Source: Schmidtea polychroa
Lineage: Eukaryota
Direction of reading: 5' to 3'
Assembly: GCA_044892525.1 (NCBI GenBank)
Contig: CM097885.1
Coordinates: forward strand, 50,656,001-50,720,000
Length of the DNA: 64,000 bases
Shown here: one piece after another, positions 1-9,782 of the stretch
Numbering within the stretch: position 1 is the stretch's first letter
Layout: each line of letters opens with the position of its first letter
Position numbers and translations under genes: made by a program
The notes under the pieces: model-generated
What the model saw: the letters and a program-made list of their open reading frames with translations, nothing else
The model's database searches: none
What the model was told of the DNA's origin: nothing

Positions 1-130
1 GTACAAATTAATTTTTAATGAAATCATTAAACCTTTTTTTATTTTTGTTACTTGAACTTATTCGCGGGTTTTCAATTTAGGACTTAAAAACCTCTTAAAA
101 TTTACTCGACTTATACGCGAGCATATAAGG
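1..130. mobile_element. Right part of a Tc1/mariner (pogo/Tc2-like) MITE, left end outside the window
   Basis: Ends in CTCGACTTATACGCGAGCATATAAGG followed by TA; near-identical to 7304-7432, where the matching inverted terminus is visible. Confidence 0.65.
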
Positions 131-494
131 TAATTCTTTTTTACAATTAAAGAAATGAAAAATAAAATTTGGCACGTTATTAACGCGTTTTCATCATTTT
201 GATTTTAAAAGCTTTCGGAGTCAGAAACTTCTAGCCAATTATAGAAAAGTTGGTACTTACGTGTTATCTTACCCCCAAAAATTAAATTAAAAAAGAACAC
301 ATATAATTATTATATTTATTTTCTAAATCACAGTTACAAACTCAGCAAATGTTTGTAAAGAGTTTGTAAATGGTCATCCAGGTGGCAAGAAAACCACAAT
401 GCCGTTGAGAATAGTGTCGAACACATCGGCACTGTTGCTTAGAACGCGTTTGCGCCACATAAACTCACATAATCACATAAATCACAGATAGCCT

Positions 495-1633
495 TGTAGT
501 GAGCCGTTACACGGCTTTAACAATATCTATATACCTATTATACTATATTATATTATATTATATTATATATAAATGCGCGGTCACCAACGAATAAGGACCA
601 AACAGAACACAAGTATAGTCAATCAAAAGTCGTGCGATCAGCTAATACTTCTACTTATCAATCAGGCTCTATTAATCAATCTCAGACGAGTAAAGCAAAT
701 TCGATGCCATGTTATCATTATCAAGATAAACTGTATTCGGCTCCCAATAGTTTTAGTTTTGGCTTTCATAGACCAACACCCTCATCCATTACAATTCGCG
801 AAATACGGAACAAATCCTAACAATAATATGAACCCGAAAAGATCTTTTTATCAAACCACCACACGTCTTTACAAATTCTGATCAAGGTGATAATGCAAAA
901 AAGGATCAGAACGGCAAAGGATATACATTTCCTCAAATATTGTATGCGAATGACAATGGTCAAAATGGTTCATGGACAAATCGGCAGGCTGTAAAATCTT
1001 TAGAAATAATCGGACTATATGAAATTATTATTTTTAGTTAACATTTTGTAAATGAGAAATGCCTGTTGAATATGTTTACCTGGTCTGATTATATTTAGAT
1101 TTTTTATATAGTTTCTATAATATATTTTTGTTTTACTTAAATAAGTGAAAATTGTAATTTAAATAAAAATTGTGTAAATCGAATTTATTATATAAATTGT
1201 CTGACTTTAAATTGAATTTAATTACTTTTCTTCTCAAATGATTTTAAAATTATTTACATTACTGATATTGTTAAATTTCATAACCTCGAACAAGGAGGAA
1301 GTATGTAAGGATATTAATTCATCTGATGATAGGTATTCACAAATCGTGTTATTGAATCACTTTCCATTTGGTCTTGTTAATAAAACTAATATCATACAAA
1401 AGATAATCATGCTAGATGAGTGGGACGAATGTATTAAATATTGTTGTGACTACAAACAATGTGACGCGGTTTTGTTCAATACTACCCATTGTAAAATAAT
1501 TCATTGCGAAAATCCATCATTATGTCAGCCAGAAAAAAAGAAAACTGAAGAATTATTTAGCGTTTTCTCGAATAATGGTCAAAGAAATGATTCTATTGCC
1601 AAATCACCAGAAAGGACTACGCCAACCACAACA
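495..1633 (+). mobile_element. 1139-bp TG...CA insertion (solo-LTR-like or Ginger-like) with 5-bp TSD
   Basis: AGCCT|TGTAGTG...CACAACA|AGCCT; the empty site with a single AGCCT is at 7792-7796 in the duplicate. Confidence 0.8.
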
Positions 1634-1669
1634 AGCCTTAATAAATTCATGTTCAATAATGTTCAATAA
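1238..1669 (+). CDS. Signal peptide plus MANSC/MANEC cysteine-rich domain ORF (KIAA0319-like N-terminus), cargo of the insertion
   Basis: Hydrophobic N-terminus MILKLFTLLILLNFITS; Cys pattern C..ECIKYCCDYKQCDAVLFNTTHCKIIHCENPSLCQP fits MANSC spacing. The last ~12 codons read out into flanking DNA. Confidence 0.65.
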   Translation: MILKLFTLLILLNFITSNKEEVCKDINSSDDRYSQIVLLNHFPFGLVNKTNIIQKIIMLDEWDECIKYCCDYKQCDAVLFNTTHCKIIHCENPSLCQPEKKKTEELFSVFSNNGQRNDSIAKSPERTTPTTTSLNKFMFNNVQ

Positions 1670-2716
1670 CGTCATCAATAATGTATTCTCTCATTTTTTT
1701 ATATTGTTATTTTAATTGTATTTTATAATTTAATTTTTGGGGGTAAGATAACACGGAAGTACCAAAAAGTTGAACTGGATGGAAGAATCAAATTTATCCC
1801 GCGTTTTTATCGGTTTTTGTCAATTTTACGGATTTAGCAATATGATAAATAATGCTCATATTGTATTGTCATATTTATAAAGATAATTGTATTGATAATG
1901 TTTCTGCGTCATGAATTGGAACCGGTTTTAAAAAAGAAATTGTTGGTAATTTAGGTTTTACTGAGCTCTGATCGGAACTGGCAAATCTTGATTATATGCG
2001 AGTCAACCATCAGATCTCGTACAGAAAAAATTATGCGTCATTACCAATTCGGAATTTGTAATAGAATTATATATTGTAAAATAATTTATTGAAATAGTGA
2101 AAATTAAATTTTCTATTTAAATTCTTAAATACAGTTCATTATCATAACATTCTAAGATTTTTAAATTTTTTATTGTTATATAGTAATAAAACAAAATTTA
2201 AAAAATTACAAAGCTAAATTTAAAAAAATAGAACTGAGTAAATATTTGTATTGATATTCATTTCATATATCCAAAATTATACCTAAATTTCACCGTTGTT
2301 ATAGTTTTAGTTGAAGAATAAAATTGAATAAAATGCATTCCTCTTCAAGTAAATCATCTTTTAAAACAATTAGATTAATGTCAAATAGACTTTATGTCAA
2401 ATAGACCGGAAAATGCAAACAACTCCATTTTACTTTCAAGTTAACATTTCCTTTTTCAAACAAGTTTCCTCATCTTAATCAAAAAGTTCAGAAAGAATTT
2501 CAAGTAGCAAACGGAAATAAAACAAGGCTGAGTGTATCAAAGAGAACTAATTTAGGAATTCTGTAACTAATGTTGAGAATTTTGAAAAGTATTTCTGAAT
2601 CGAGGGAGACGGAAAATTTGGAACTCACGATGGAGAAAATTTTAATTCTGTGCCCTCGATCTAAATTTATTTGAAATATTTCTGTACAAAAACTTTATAT
2701 ATATTTGTGCGCTCGT

Positions 2717-3204
2717 TTATTTTAAATCTGTCTTTGTTGCATTTATTTGTGCTTCTACTTGTTGTCCTTCTATTGGGGCGTTGATATTTGGGTTTTCTCT
2801 GTATTTATCTTCTATTCTTTCATCACTTGGTTCGTCTATGAATGCGACGTATCTCTTATCTACTTCTGATCTTCTTTCTCTCACTGCATAAATCTTTTCT
2901 GCAACTATACGAGATTCATGTAACTTCTTGATTTTTTTCTTCACTTCCATTGTTCTTTTGGTGTCATTTAGACACAATTCGTGCTTCAAATTCTTCTCGG
3001 CTGCATAGTGTACCAGCAGATATTCTGTTAAATTTTCCTTGTTTAATTCATGTCCCAAAATATTATTGACTTACTCGTCTATAATAGTAAAATATTTCGT
3101 CTGTTTATAGAACATAGCAGATTATAAATTCTCTGCCAAACTTGTTTTCCTGACGAATGCCTTCCGCATTCTTTCCTTATAACATTTGATATTTTGGTCA
3201 ACTC

Positions 3205-3270
<66 letters not shown>

Positions 3271-3440
3271 TAAAATCTTTCATCGTCTTAGATTCACATA
3301 CTTTTCCATAATCTGTGTGAATTTCCATTGGTGCTCCAAATCTAAGAATCCATTTTTGTAGTATTGTTTCCTTCGCCCTTTCCTCATCCTGTTTAGCGAC
3401 AGCAATCAGAGAGATATATCTGCTAAATTGATCAATCATT
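2717..3440 (-). mobile_element. Ty3/Gypsy fragment: truncated integrase core, (TA)n tract, gag-like segment
   Basis: MIDQFSRY...ILRFGAPMEIHTDYG integrase motifs; duplicate of 9229-9952. Confidence 0.8.
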
Positions 3441-3473
3441 ATTTGCAGCAAAAGGCTTAAATTATCATTTTAT

Positions 3474-3614
<141 letters not shown>

Positions 3615-4282
3615 GATTTTATTATATATCATTAATATTTAAAAGATTTTATTTTTAATTTTTACCTTTGTTCGCATAATAAATGAAACGAAACTGATTG
3701 TTGACAAAACATGTCTATCCTTAATGTATGTCCTTACATTTCAGCGATTCACAGATAATCGCGTGTCGCAAACAATACTTATTCACGAACACTTGTTTAT
3801 TCATAAATTGCACAAATAGGATTGATCGATAAAGAAATAAAATCATTAAAATGAGTGATGAATTCCAGTGCGAATTTCAAATTAGTTATTTTTGAATTTA
3901 AATTTATTTTCTAGTATAATTAATTCTATTTATAGAATCGTAAATTTATTAAATTAAATTCGTAAATTTATTTATTAATTTTAAAGTGTGCATCAACATG
4001 GAATAAATCGATCTTTTTAATAATTTAATATTTTTCTAAAATTTCGGTGTTATTTTAAAATTTAATTAATTGAATTGAATTCCTTGTACGACTGATTATT
4101 AAAGAATTTAGTCTCTTGAGGGTTCTCGGAAATTTGGTCTGAAAACCTTTTCTTAACAATAATAAAATGTGGATTAACTATTGACCTCTGATTACTATTA
4201 TTATTATTATTACTATTATAAAAATTATAAATATTATTAAAATCATTATTATAAAAATCATTACTATTATTAACATATAAAA

Positions 4283-5296
4283 CTAAAAAAAACACCAACA
4301 TTTTTCATGAACTTCTTCGGCTTCCATAATTAATCCATCGGAGATATAATTTATTTCTTCATTAATTACATCTAAAATATGCATGTTTAAAATATATGTA
4401 AAATTAATGTCGAACCCATATGTTACGCACGCCCATATCTTACGCAAAAATTTTTTTATTCTACACAAAGAAACAAATTAGATAAAAAAGCATAAGAAGC
4501 AATAAAAACACCAAAATATTATATAAAAAGCAATTAAATAATGAAATTTAATTATTGTTTTTCTAAATTTTTGGATATTAAACAAGAAGATACATATCGC
4601 GTTATTCTTTCCCTTTTGAAGCCCGCGTACAATTATATTGAGTTTTCATACATTGCTTTCATCCCAGTGTGGTCAGGGGATGCAATCTTTCAAATAAATT
4701 GTGCAGGCCAACTTCATCATCATTTGCAATGATTTCTTTGTTACATTCTCCTGATTTTAGATAAAGCTTATTTTCCACTTCAATAAAGTTTTCAGCTTTC
4801 TTTATAAAATTTCTTTTTGAATGTCTATCTAAGTCAGTAATCCAACTACTTCCTTGATTTAGACAAGTTTTAATTTTTTCAATTTCTTCTAGTGTCAAAA
4901 TATATTTCATTTTCGGGATTTAAATTCCCTCCAAATTTTCCCACCAAAAGCTATAAAAACAAAATAAAACTTTACCCCTAAGATTTAAAAGACATGACAT
5001 AAACTAAAATAAGGAAAAAGAATATAAAAAAGAACTTTGCTAGATAAGCAATTTTTTAATAAATTTGTATTAGTAATTTTTTTCTTTTTGCGTAAGATAT
5101 GGGCGTGCGTAACATATGGGTTCGACAATTAATATAATTTACCTTTTTCAAAAATTCTGGAAATATCCAGGAGATCTTCATTTTCTGTGATCTGGAACCA
5201 ATTTCCGATTAAAAAATCTAAAATAATAAAGTAAATATCTATATAAAATTTAAAATTAAAATTACCATCGACAGCTTTCGAATTGTTTGAATCCAT
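4283..5296 (-). CDS. Small acidic three-exon ORF of unknown function, probably Polinton-borne
   Basis: Exons 5296-5266, 5217-5143 and 4371-4283 joined by GT-AG phase-1 introns of 48 bp and 46 bp (after removing the Ginger and one TSD) give MDSNNSKAVDDFLIGNWFQITENEDLLDISRIFEKDVINEEINYISDGLIMEAEEVHEKCWCFF. The 3' end is uncertain. Confidence 0.45.
4408..5127 (-). mobile_element. Ginger-type DNA transposon, internal-deletion derivative
   Basis: ~42-bp TIRs TGTCGAACCCATATGTTACGCACGCCCATATCTTACGCAAAAA and 5-bp TSD ATTAA. Internal GIN1-like N-terminus (KRNFIKKAENFIEVENKLYL) and a frameshifted H2C2 zinc finger (LH..DHTGMKAMY...YVSSCLIS). Confidence 0.85.
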
Positions 5297-5435
5297 TTGA
5301 AAATAAATTGTGACAAAAATACCAATGTCAATGTTTATAAAGTGATTGTGATTTTAAAATTCAACCAATCAACAACATATAAATTTAAAAATCAATAAAA
5401 TAGATTAAATAATAAAAATAAACCAGAAACATTTA

Positions 5436-5690
5436 TTATAAATCAAATTTTTTATACATCAACCATATTAAACAGTGTTGACCACATGTTTGAGTCATTG
5501 GATTTTGAAACATTGTTTTATTATATACAATAGGTTTACTCATTGTTTGCAATTTTGATACCAATAAAGCAGGATAATAGAATCCCAAAGGATCGAATAC
5601 ATGTATCCTATCGGGTTTTACATAGACTCCAATCCAATGTTCATCACCAAGATGTGATGAATGAGTATTGACGGTTATGGCTTGATTTTT
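5436..5690 (-). CDS. Adenain-type (adenoviral/Polinton PRO) cysteine protease, catalytic region
   Basis: VNTHSSHLGDEHWIGV (His), FDPLG (Asp), FQNPMTQTCGQHC (Gln/Cys) in the order characteristic of Polinton and adenovirus maturation proteases. Confidence 0.85.
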   Translation of the reverse strand, partial: KNQAITVNTHSSHLGDEHWIGVYVKPDRIHVFDPLGFYYPALLVSKLQTMSKPIVYNKTMFQNPMTQTCGQHCLIWLMYKKFDL

Positions 5691-5699
5691 AACATATCT

Positions 5700-6149
5700 G
5701 GCATTATTCTCCTTTGCTTTTTTAGCTAGTCTAATCATCATAATCCATCCACCATGAGCATCGACCCATGGCATAATTTTTGATTCAGTAATCTAAATAA
5801 TGATGATGTCAATTTGATCAATAAAAATAATACCTCTACAGACCATTGAAAATAATTTTCAAAGTCTGAGCCTGATTTTTCTAAAATATGTTTCATACAC
5901 ATGAAATCTATAATAATTCGAGACCATGTAATTTCATCATCGAATAATGTATAAAATATTTCCTCAAATAATTTTTTTCTTTTGTTGAACTGTTTCCAAA
6001 TTGATGATAGTGTCGTACTGGATATGATTATCTTCAATGATTTTTTCTGTGCGATTAACAAGTAATTGTAGATTATTAATCACATCGTTAGTTTCTTTGT
6101 TGAAGACAAGACCATTCAATACGTCAATCATAAATGCTGTTTGCGTCAT
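5700..6149 (-). pseudogene. Bcl-2 family gene (BH1 and BH2), one intron, one apparent frameshift
   Basis: BH1-like LFDDEITWSRII and BH2-like IMPWVDAHGGW; a 41-bp GT-AG intron at 5793-5833 joins WSVE to ITESKIMPW in frame; frameshift near 5980-6000. Confidence 0.7.
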
Positions 6150-6424
6150 TTATAATTAATTGTTGAAATGTTGGTATATTTATATTATTGCTGTTGAGAA
6201 GTATTATAAATAAAAGAATATAATTGGTTACAAGAAAAATTAATCCGCCAGCGCCTGTGAGGCTGACTGTGACAATTTACAAACTACCGCGCCTGTTCCT
6301 TTGGGGCGGCTGGTGGCGGGCAGGCGTGTAGGTTGTTGATTTTAATTTTTTATTTGAATAACTTGGACATGCATGTTTTGTGTATAATTTTAGAAAATTA
6401 GACTTTAATTTTTGTTTCTTTTTA

Positions 6425-6680
6425 AAATTTGCTTTGGAAAATTTTGGGAAATTAGTTTTTTGGGGCTTTTTAATATTTGGAGAAAATAATGTTGGGACTT
6501 TTTAAAATTTGGGAAATTTTTGAGTTGGAAAATTTGGGGAAAATAATTTTGGGATTTTTTAAAATGTGGGAAATTTTTGAGTTGAGAAAATTTGGGGAAA
6601 ATAATTTTGGGAATGTTTAAAATTTGGGAAATTTTTGAGTTGGGAAATTTATTTTGGGGATTTTGTGATTTGGAAATATT
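6425..6680. repeat. Degenerate tandem subrepeats in the Polinton terminal arm
   Basis: Recurrent AAAATTTGGGAAATTTTTGAGTTG / GGAAAATAATTTTGGGA units; a shorter version lies at ~21270-21380. Confidence 0.75.
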
Positions 6681-7219
6681 TTGTAAATATTCCATGTGAT
6701 TTTTTCTTGTAATTTGTTGATTTTTTCCAAGTATTTTTATATAAAAATTTTCAAAGTGTTGTGACCTTAAAATTTTCAAATTTATCCAGGCATTTTTATT
6801 TTTCAAATTTTTTTCTAAGTCAAGTGGTGTGACCTTCACTTTAAAGTACATTATCAAAATATTTTCTATGTCAAGTGGTGTGACATTCACTTTAAAGTAC
6901 TTTCATATTTTTAAAAATATTTTTCCAAGTATTTTATTAAAGCTTTTGTTCATATTCCCACCATGTTTGAAGAATATGATTTTATTTCTATAATATAAGA
7001 TTTTCTATGTTTGATAATATTTGAATGATGTTAAATTATGGCATTTGATGTTGAAGTTTGAGACTTTGGAGCTCATTTCCCATGGAAACTATGCATTTTT
7101 CTATATATAGACTATATACTTTTATGTTCGTTATAAAATTCTGAGTTAAAAAATTCTCCAGGGGGGGGGGGGGTAGGAGGTATTGGTGACATGGTGTGGA
7201 AGGGACATATCCACCTACT

Positions 7220-7432
7220 TATATACTCGCGTATAAGTTGAGAAATTTACGTCAACTTTTCAAGTCAAAATAGCCACTTCGACTTATACGCGGGTCAAAA
7301 AACGTACAAATTAATTTTTAATGAAATCATTAAACCTTTTTTTATTTTTCTACTTGAACTTATTCGCGGGTTTCCAATTTAGGACTTAAAAACCTCTTAA
7401 AATTTACTCGACTTATACGCGAGCATATAAGG
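7220..7432. mobile_element. Tc1/mariner (pogo/Tc2-like) MITE
   Basis: TIRs TATATACTCGCGTATAAGTTGAG / CTCGACTTATACGCGAGCATATA, right end followed by TA. The left end abuts the Polinton terminus. Confidence 0.75.
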
Positions 7433-7553
7433 TAATTCTTTTTTACAATTAAAGAAATGAAAAATAAAATTTGGCACGTTATTAACGCGTTTTCATCATT
7501 TTGATTTTAAAAGCTTTCGGAGTCAGAAACTTCAAGCCAATTATAAAAAAGTT

Positions 7554-7920
7554 GGTACTTACGTGTTATCTTACCCCCAAAAATTAAATTAAAAAATAAC
7601 ACATATAATTATTATATTTATTTTCTAAATCACAGTTACAAACTCAGCAAATGTTTGTAAAGAGTTTGTAAATGATCATCCAGGTGGCAAGAAAACCACA
7701 ATGCCGTTGAGAATAGTGTCGAACACATCGGCACTGTTGCTTAGAACGCGTTTGTGCCACATAAACTCACATAATCACATAAATTACAGATAGCCTTAAT
7801 AAATTCATGTTCAATAATGTTCAATAACGTCATCAATAATGTATTCTCTCATTTTTTATATTGTTATTTTAATTGTATTTTATAATTTAATTTTTGGGGG
7901 TAAGATAACACGGAAGTACC
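7554..7920. mobile_element. Merlin-type MITE, 367 bp, uninterrupted copy
   Basis: GGTAC...GTACC TIRs and perfect 8-bp TSD AAAAAGTT. Confidence 0.8.
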
Positions 7921-8340
7921 AAAAAGTTGAAGTGGATGGAAGAAACAAATTTATCCTGCGTTTTTATCGGTTTTTGTCAATTTTACGGATTTAGCAATAT
8001 GATAAATAATGCTCATATTGTATTGTCATATTTATAAAGATAATTGTATTGATAATGTTTCTGCGTCATGAATTGGAACCGGTTTTAAAAAAGAAATTGT
8101 TGGTAATTTAGGTTTTACTAAGCTCTGATCGGAACTGGCAAATCTTGATTATATGCGAGTCAACCATCAGATCTCGTACAGAAAAAATTATGCGTCATTA
8201 CCAATTCGGAATTTGTAATAGAATTATATATTGTAAAATAATTTATTGAAATAGTGAAAATTTAATTTTCTATTTAAATTCTTAAATACAGTTCATTATC
8301 ATAACATTCTAAGATTTTTAAATTTTTTATTGTTATATAG

Positions 8341-8687
8341 CAGGGGTGCCCATAAGGTCGATCGCGATCTACCGGTAGATCGCGAAGGATTTTTTGTAGA
8401 TCTTCATAAAAAAAATATTTTTTATATAAATTTAGATTTTATATAAAATTTCTGTTTTATGCTTAAATTTTTTGCCAATTTTCATGTTCTGTGTTCCATT
8501 TCTATGGTAATACTAAATAACATTTTTTAATTTTGATTTCACCATTTCCAAAATGTTATTTAGTTTAATTTAGTTTAATTTAATTTTGTTTATTTAGTTT
8601 ATTTAGTTTAAAGTATTAAAAAAGTAGATCGCATACACATTTTGGATGTGAATGTAGCTCTCCTAGAAAAATTAGTGGGCACCTCTG
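8341..8687. mobile_element. hAT (Charlie-like) MITE
   Basis: TIRs CAGGGGTGCCCA / TGGGCACCTCTG; 8-bp TSD TTATATAG; empty site at 2176-2183. Confidence 0.92.
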
Positions 8688-9228
8688 TTATATAGTAATA
8701 AAACAAAATTAAAAAAATTTCAAAGCTAAATTTAAAAAAATAGAACTGAGTAAATATTTGGATTGATATTCATTTCATGTATCCAAAATTATACCTAAAT
8801 TTCACCGTTGTTATAGTTTTAGTTGAAGAATAAAATTGAATAAAATGCATTCCTCTTCAAGTAAATCATCTTTTAAAACAATTAGATTAATGTCAAATAG
8901 ACTTTATGTCAAATAGACCGGAAAATGCAAACAACTCCATTTTACTTTCAAGTTAACATTTCCTTTTTCAAACAAGTTTCCTCATCTTAATCAAAAAGTT
9001 CAGAAAGAATTTCAAGTAGCAAACGGAAATAAAACAAGACTGAGTGTATCAAAGAGAACTAATTTAGGAATTCTGTAACTAATGTTGAGAATTTTGAAAA
9101 GTATTTCTGAATCGAGGGAGACGGAAAATTTGGAACTCACGATGGAGAAAATTTTAATTCTGTGCCCTCGATCTAAATTTATTTGAAATATTTCTGTACA
9201 AAAACTTTATATATATTTGTGCGCTCGT

Positions 9229-9716
9229 TTATTTTAAATCTGTCTTTGTTGCATTTATTTGTGCTTCTACTTGTTGTCCTTCTATTGGGGCGTTGATATT
9301 TGGGTTTTCTCTGTATTTATCTTCTATTCTTTCATCACTTGGTTCGTCTATGAATGCTACGTATCTCTTATCTACTTCTGATCTTCTTTCTCTCACTGCA
9401 TAAATCTTTTCTGCAACTATACGAGATTCATGTAACTTCTTGATTTTTTTCTTCACTTCCATTGTTCTTTTGGTGTCATTTAGACACAATTCGTGCTTCA
9501 AATTCTTCTCGGCTGCATAGTGTACCAGCAGATATTCTGTTAAATTTTCCTTGTTTAATTCATGTCCCAAAATATTATCGACTTAATCGTCTATAATAGT
9601 AAAATATTTCGTCTGTCTATAGAACATAGCAGATTACAAATCTTCTGCCAAACTTGTTTTCCTGACGAATGCCTTCCGCATTCTTTCCTTATAACATTTG
9701 ATATTTTGGTCAACTC

Positions 9717-9782
<66 letters not shown>

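Larger units (their letters stand above)
252..1763. mobile_element. Non-autonomous Merlin-type DNA transposon, interrupted by the 495-1633 insertion
   Basis: ~40-bp TIRs GGTACTT(A/C)CGTGTTATCTTACCCCCAAAAATTAAATT; 8-bp TSD GAAAAGTT/AAAAAGTT (perfect in copy B). GGNRM termini with an 8-bp TSD are typical of Merlin. Confidence 0.7.
1..3440 (+). repeat. Segmental duplication, copy A (paralogous to ~7304-9952)
   Basis: Near-identical colinear sequence from GTACAAATTAATTTTTAATG to TGATCAATCATT. The copies differ mainly by the 495-1633 insertion (A only) and the 8341-8687 MITE (B only). Confidence 0.92.
5436..7219 (-). mobile_element. Polinton/Maverick-like remnant, copy 1 (left boundary uncertain, may extend to ~3660)
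   Basis: Adenain-type protease, a long non-coding terminal arm with tandem subrepeats, and terminus ...CCACCTACT (5'-AGTAG on minus). Homologous arm at ~20570-21954 ends at the same point. Confidence 0.7.

Noticed and set aside
573..881. Two overlapping ORFs in the 5' half of the TG...CA insertion
   Set aside because: No recognisable motif; cannot tell which frame, if any, is coding.
6405..6890. 161-aa repetitive ORF
   Set aside because: Arises from tandem subrepeats of the Polinton terminal arm; no equivalent ORF is listed in the homologous arm at ~21250-21560.
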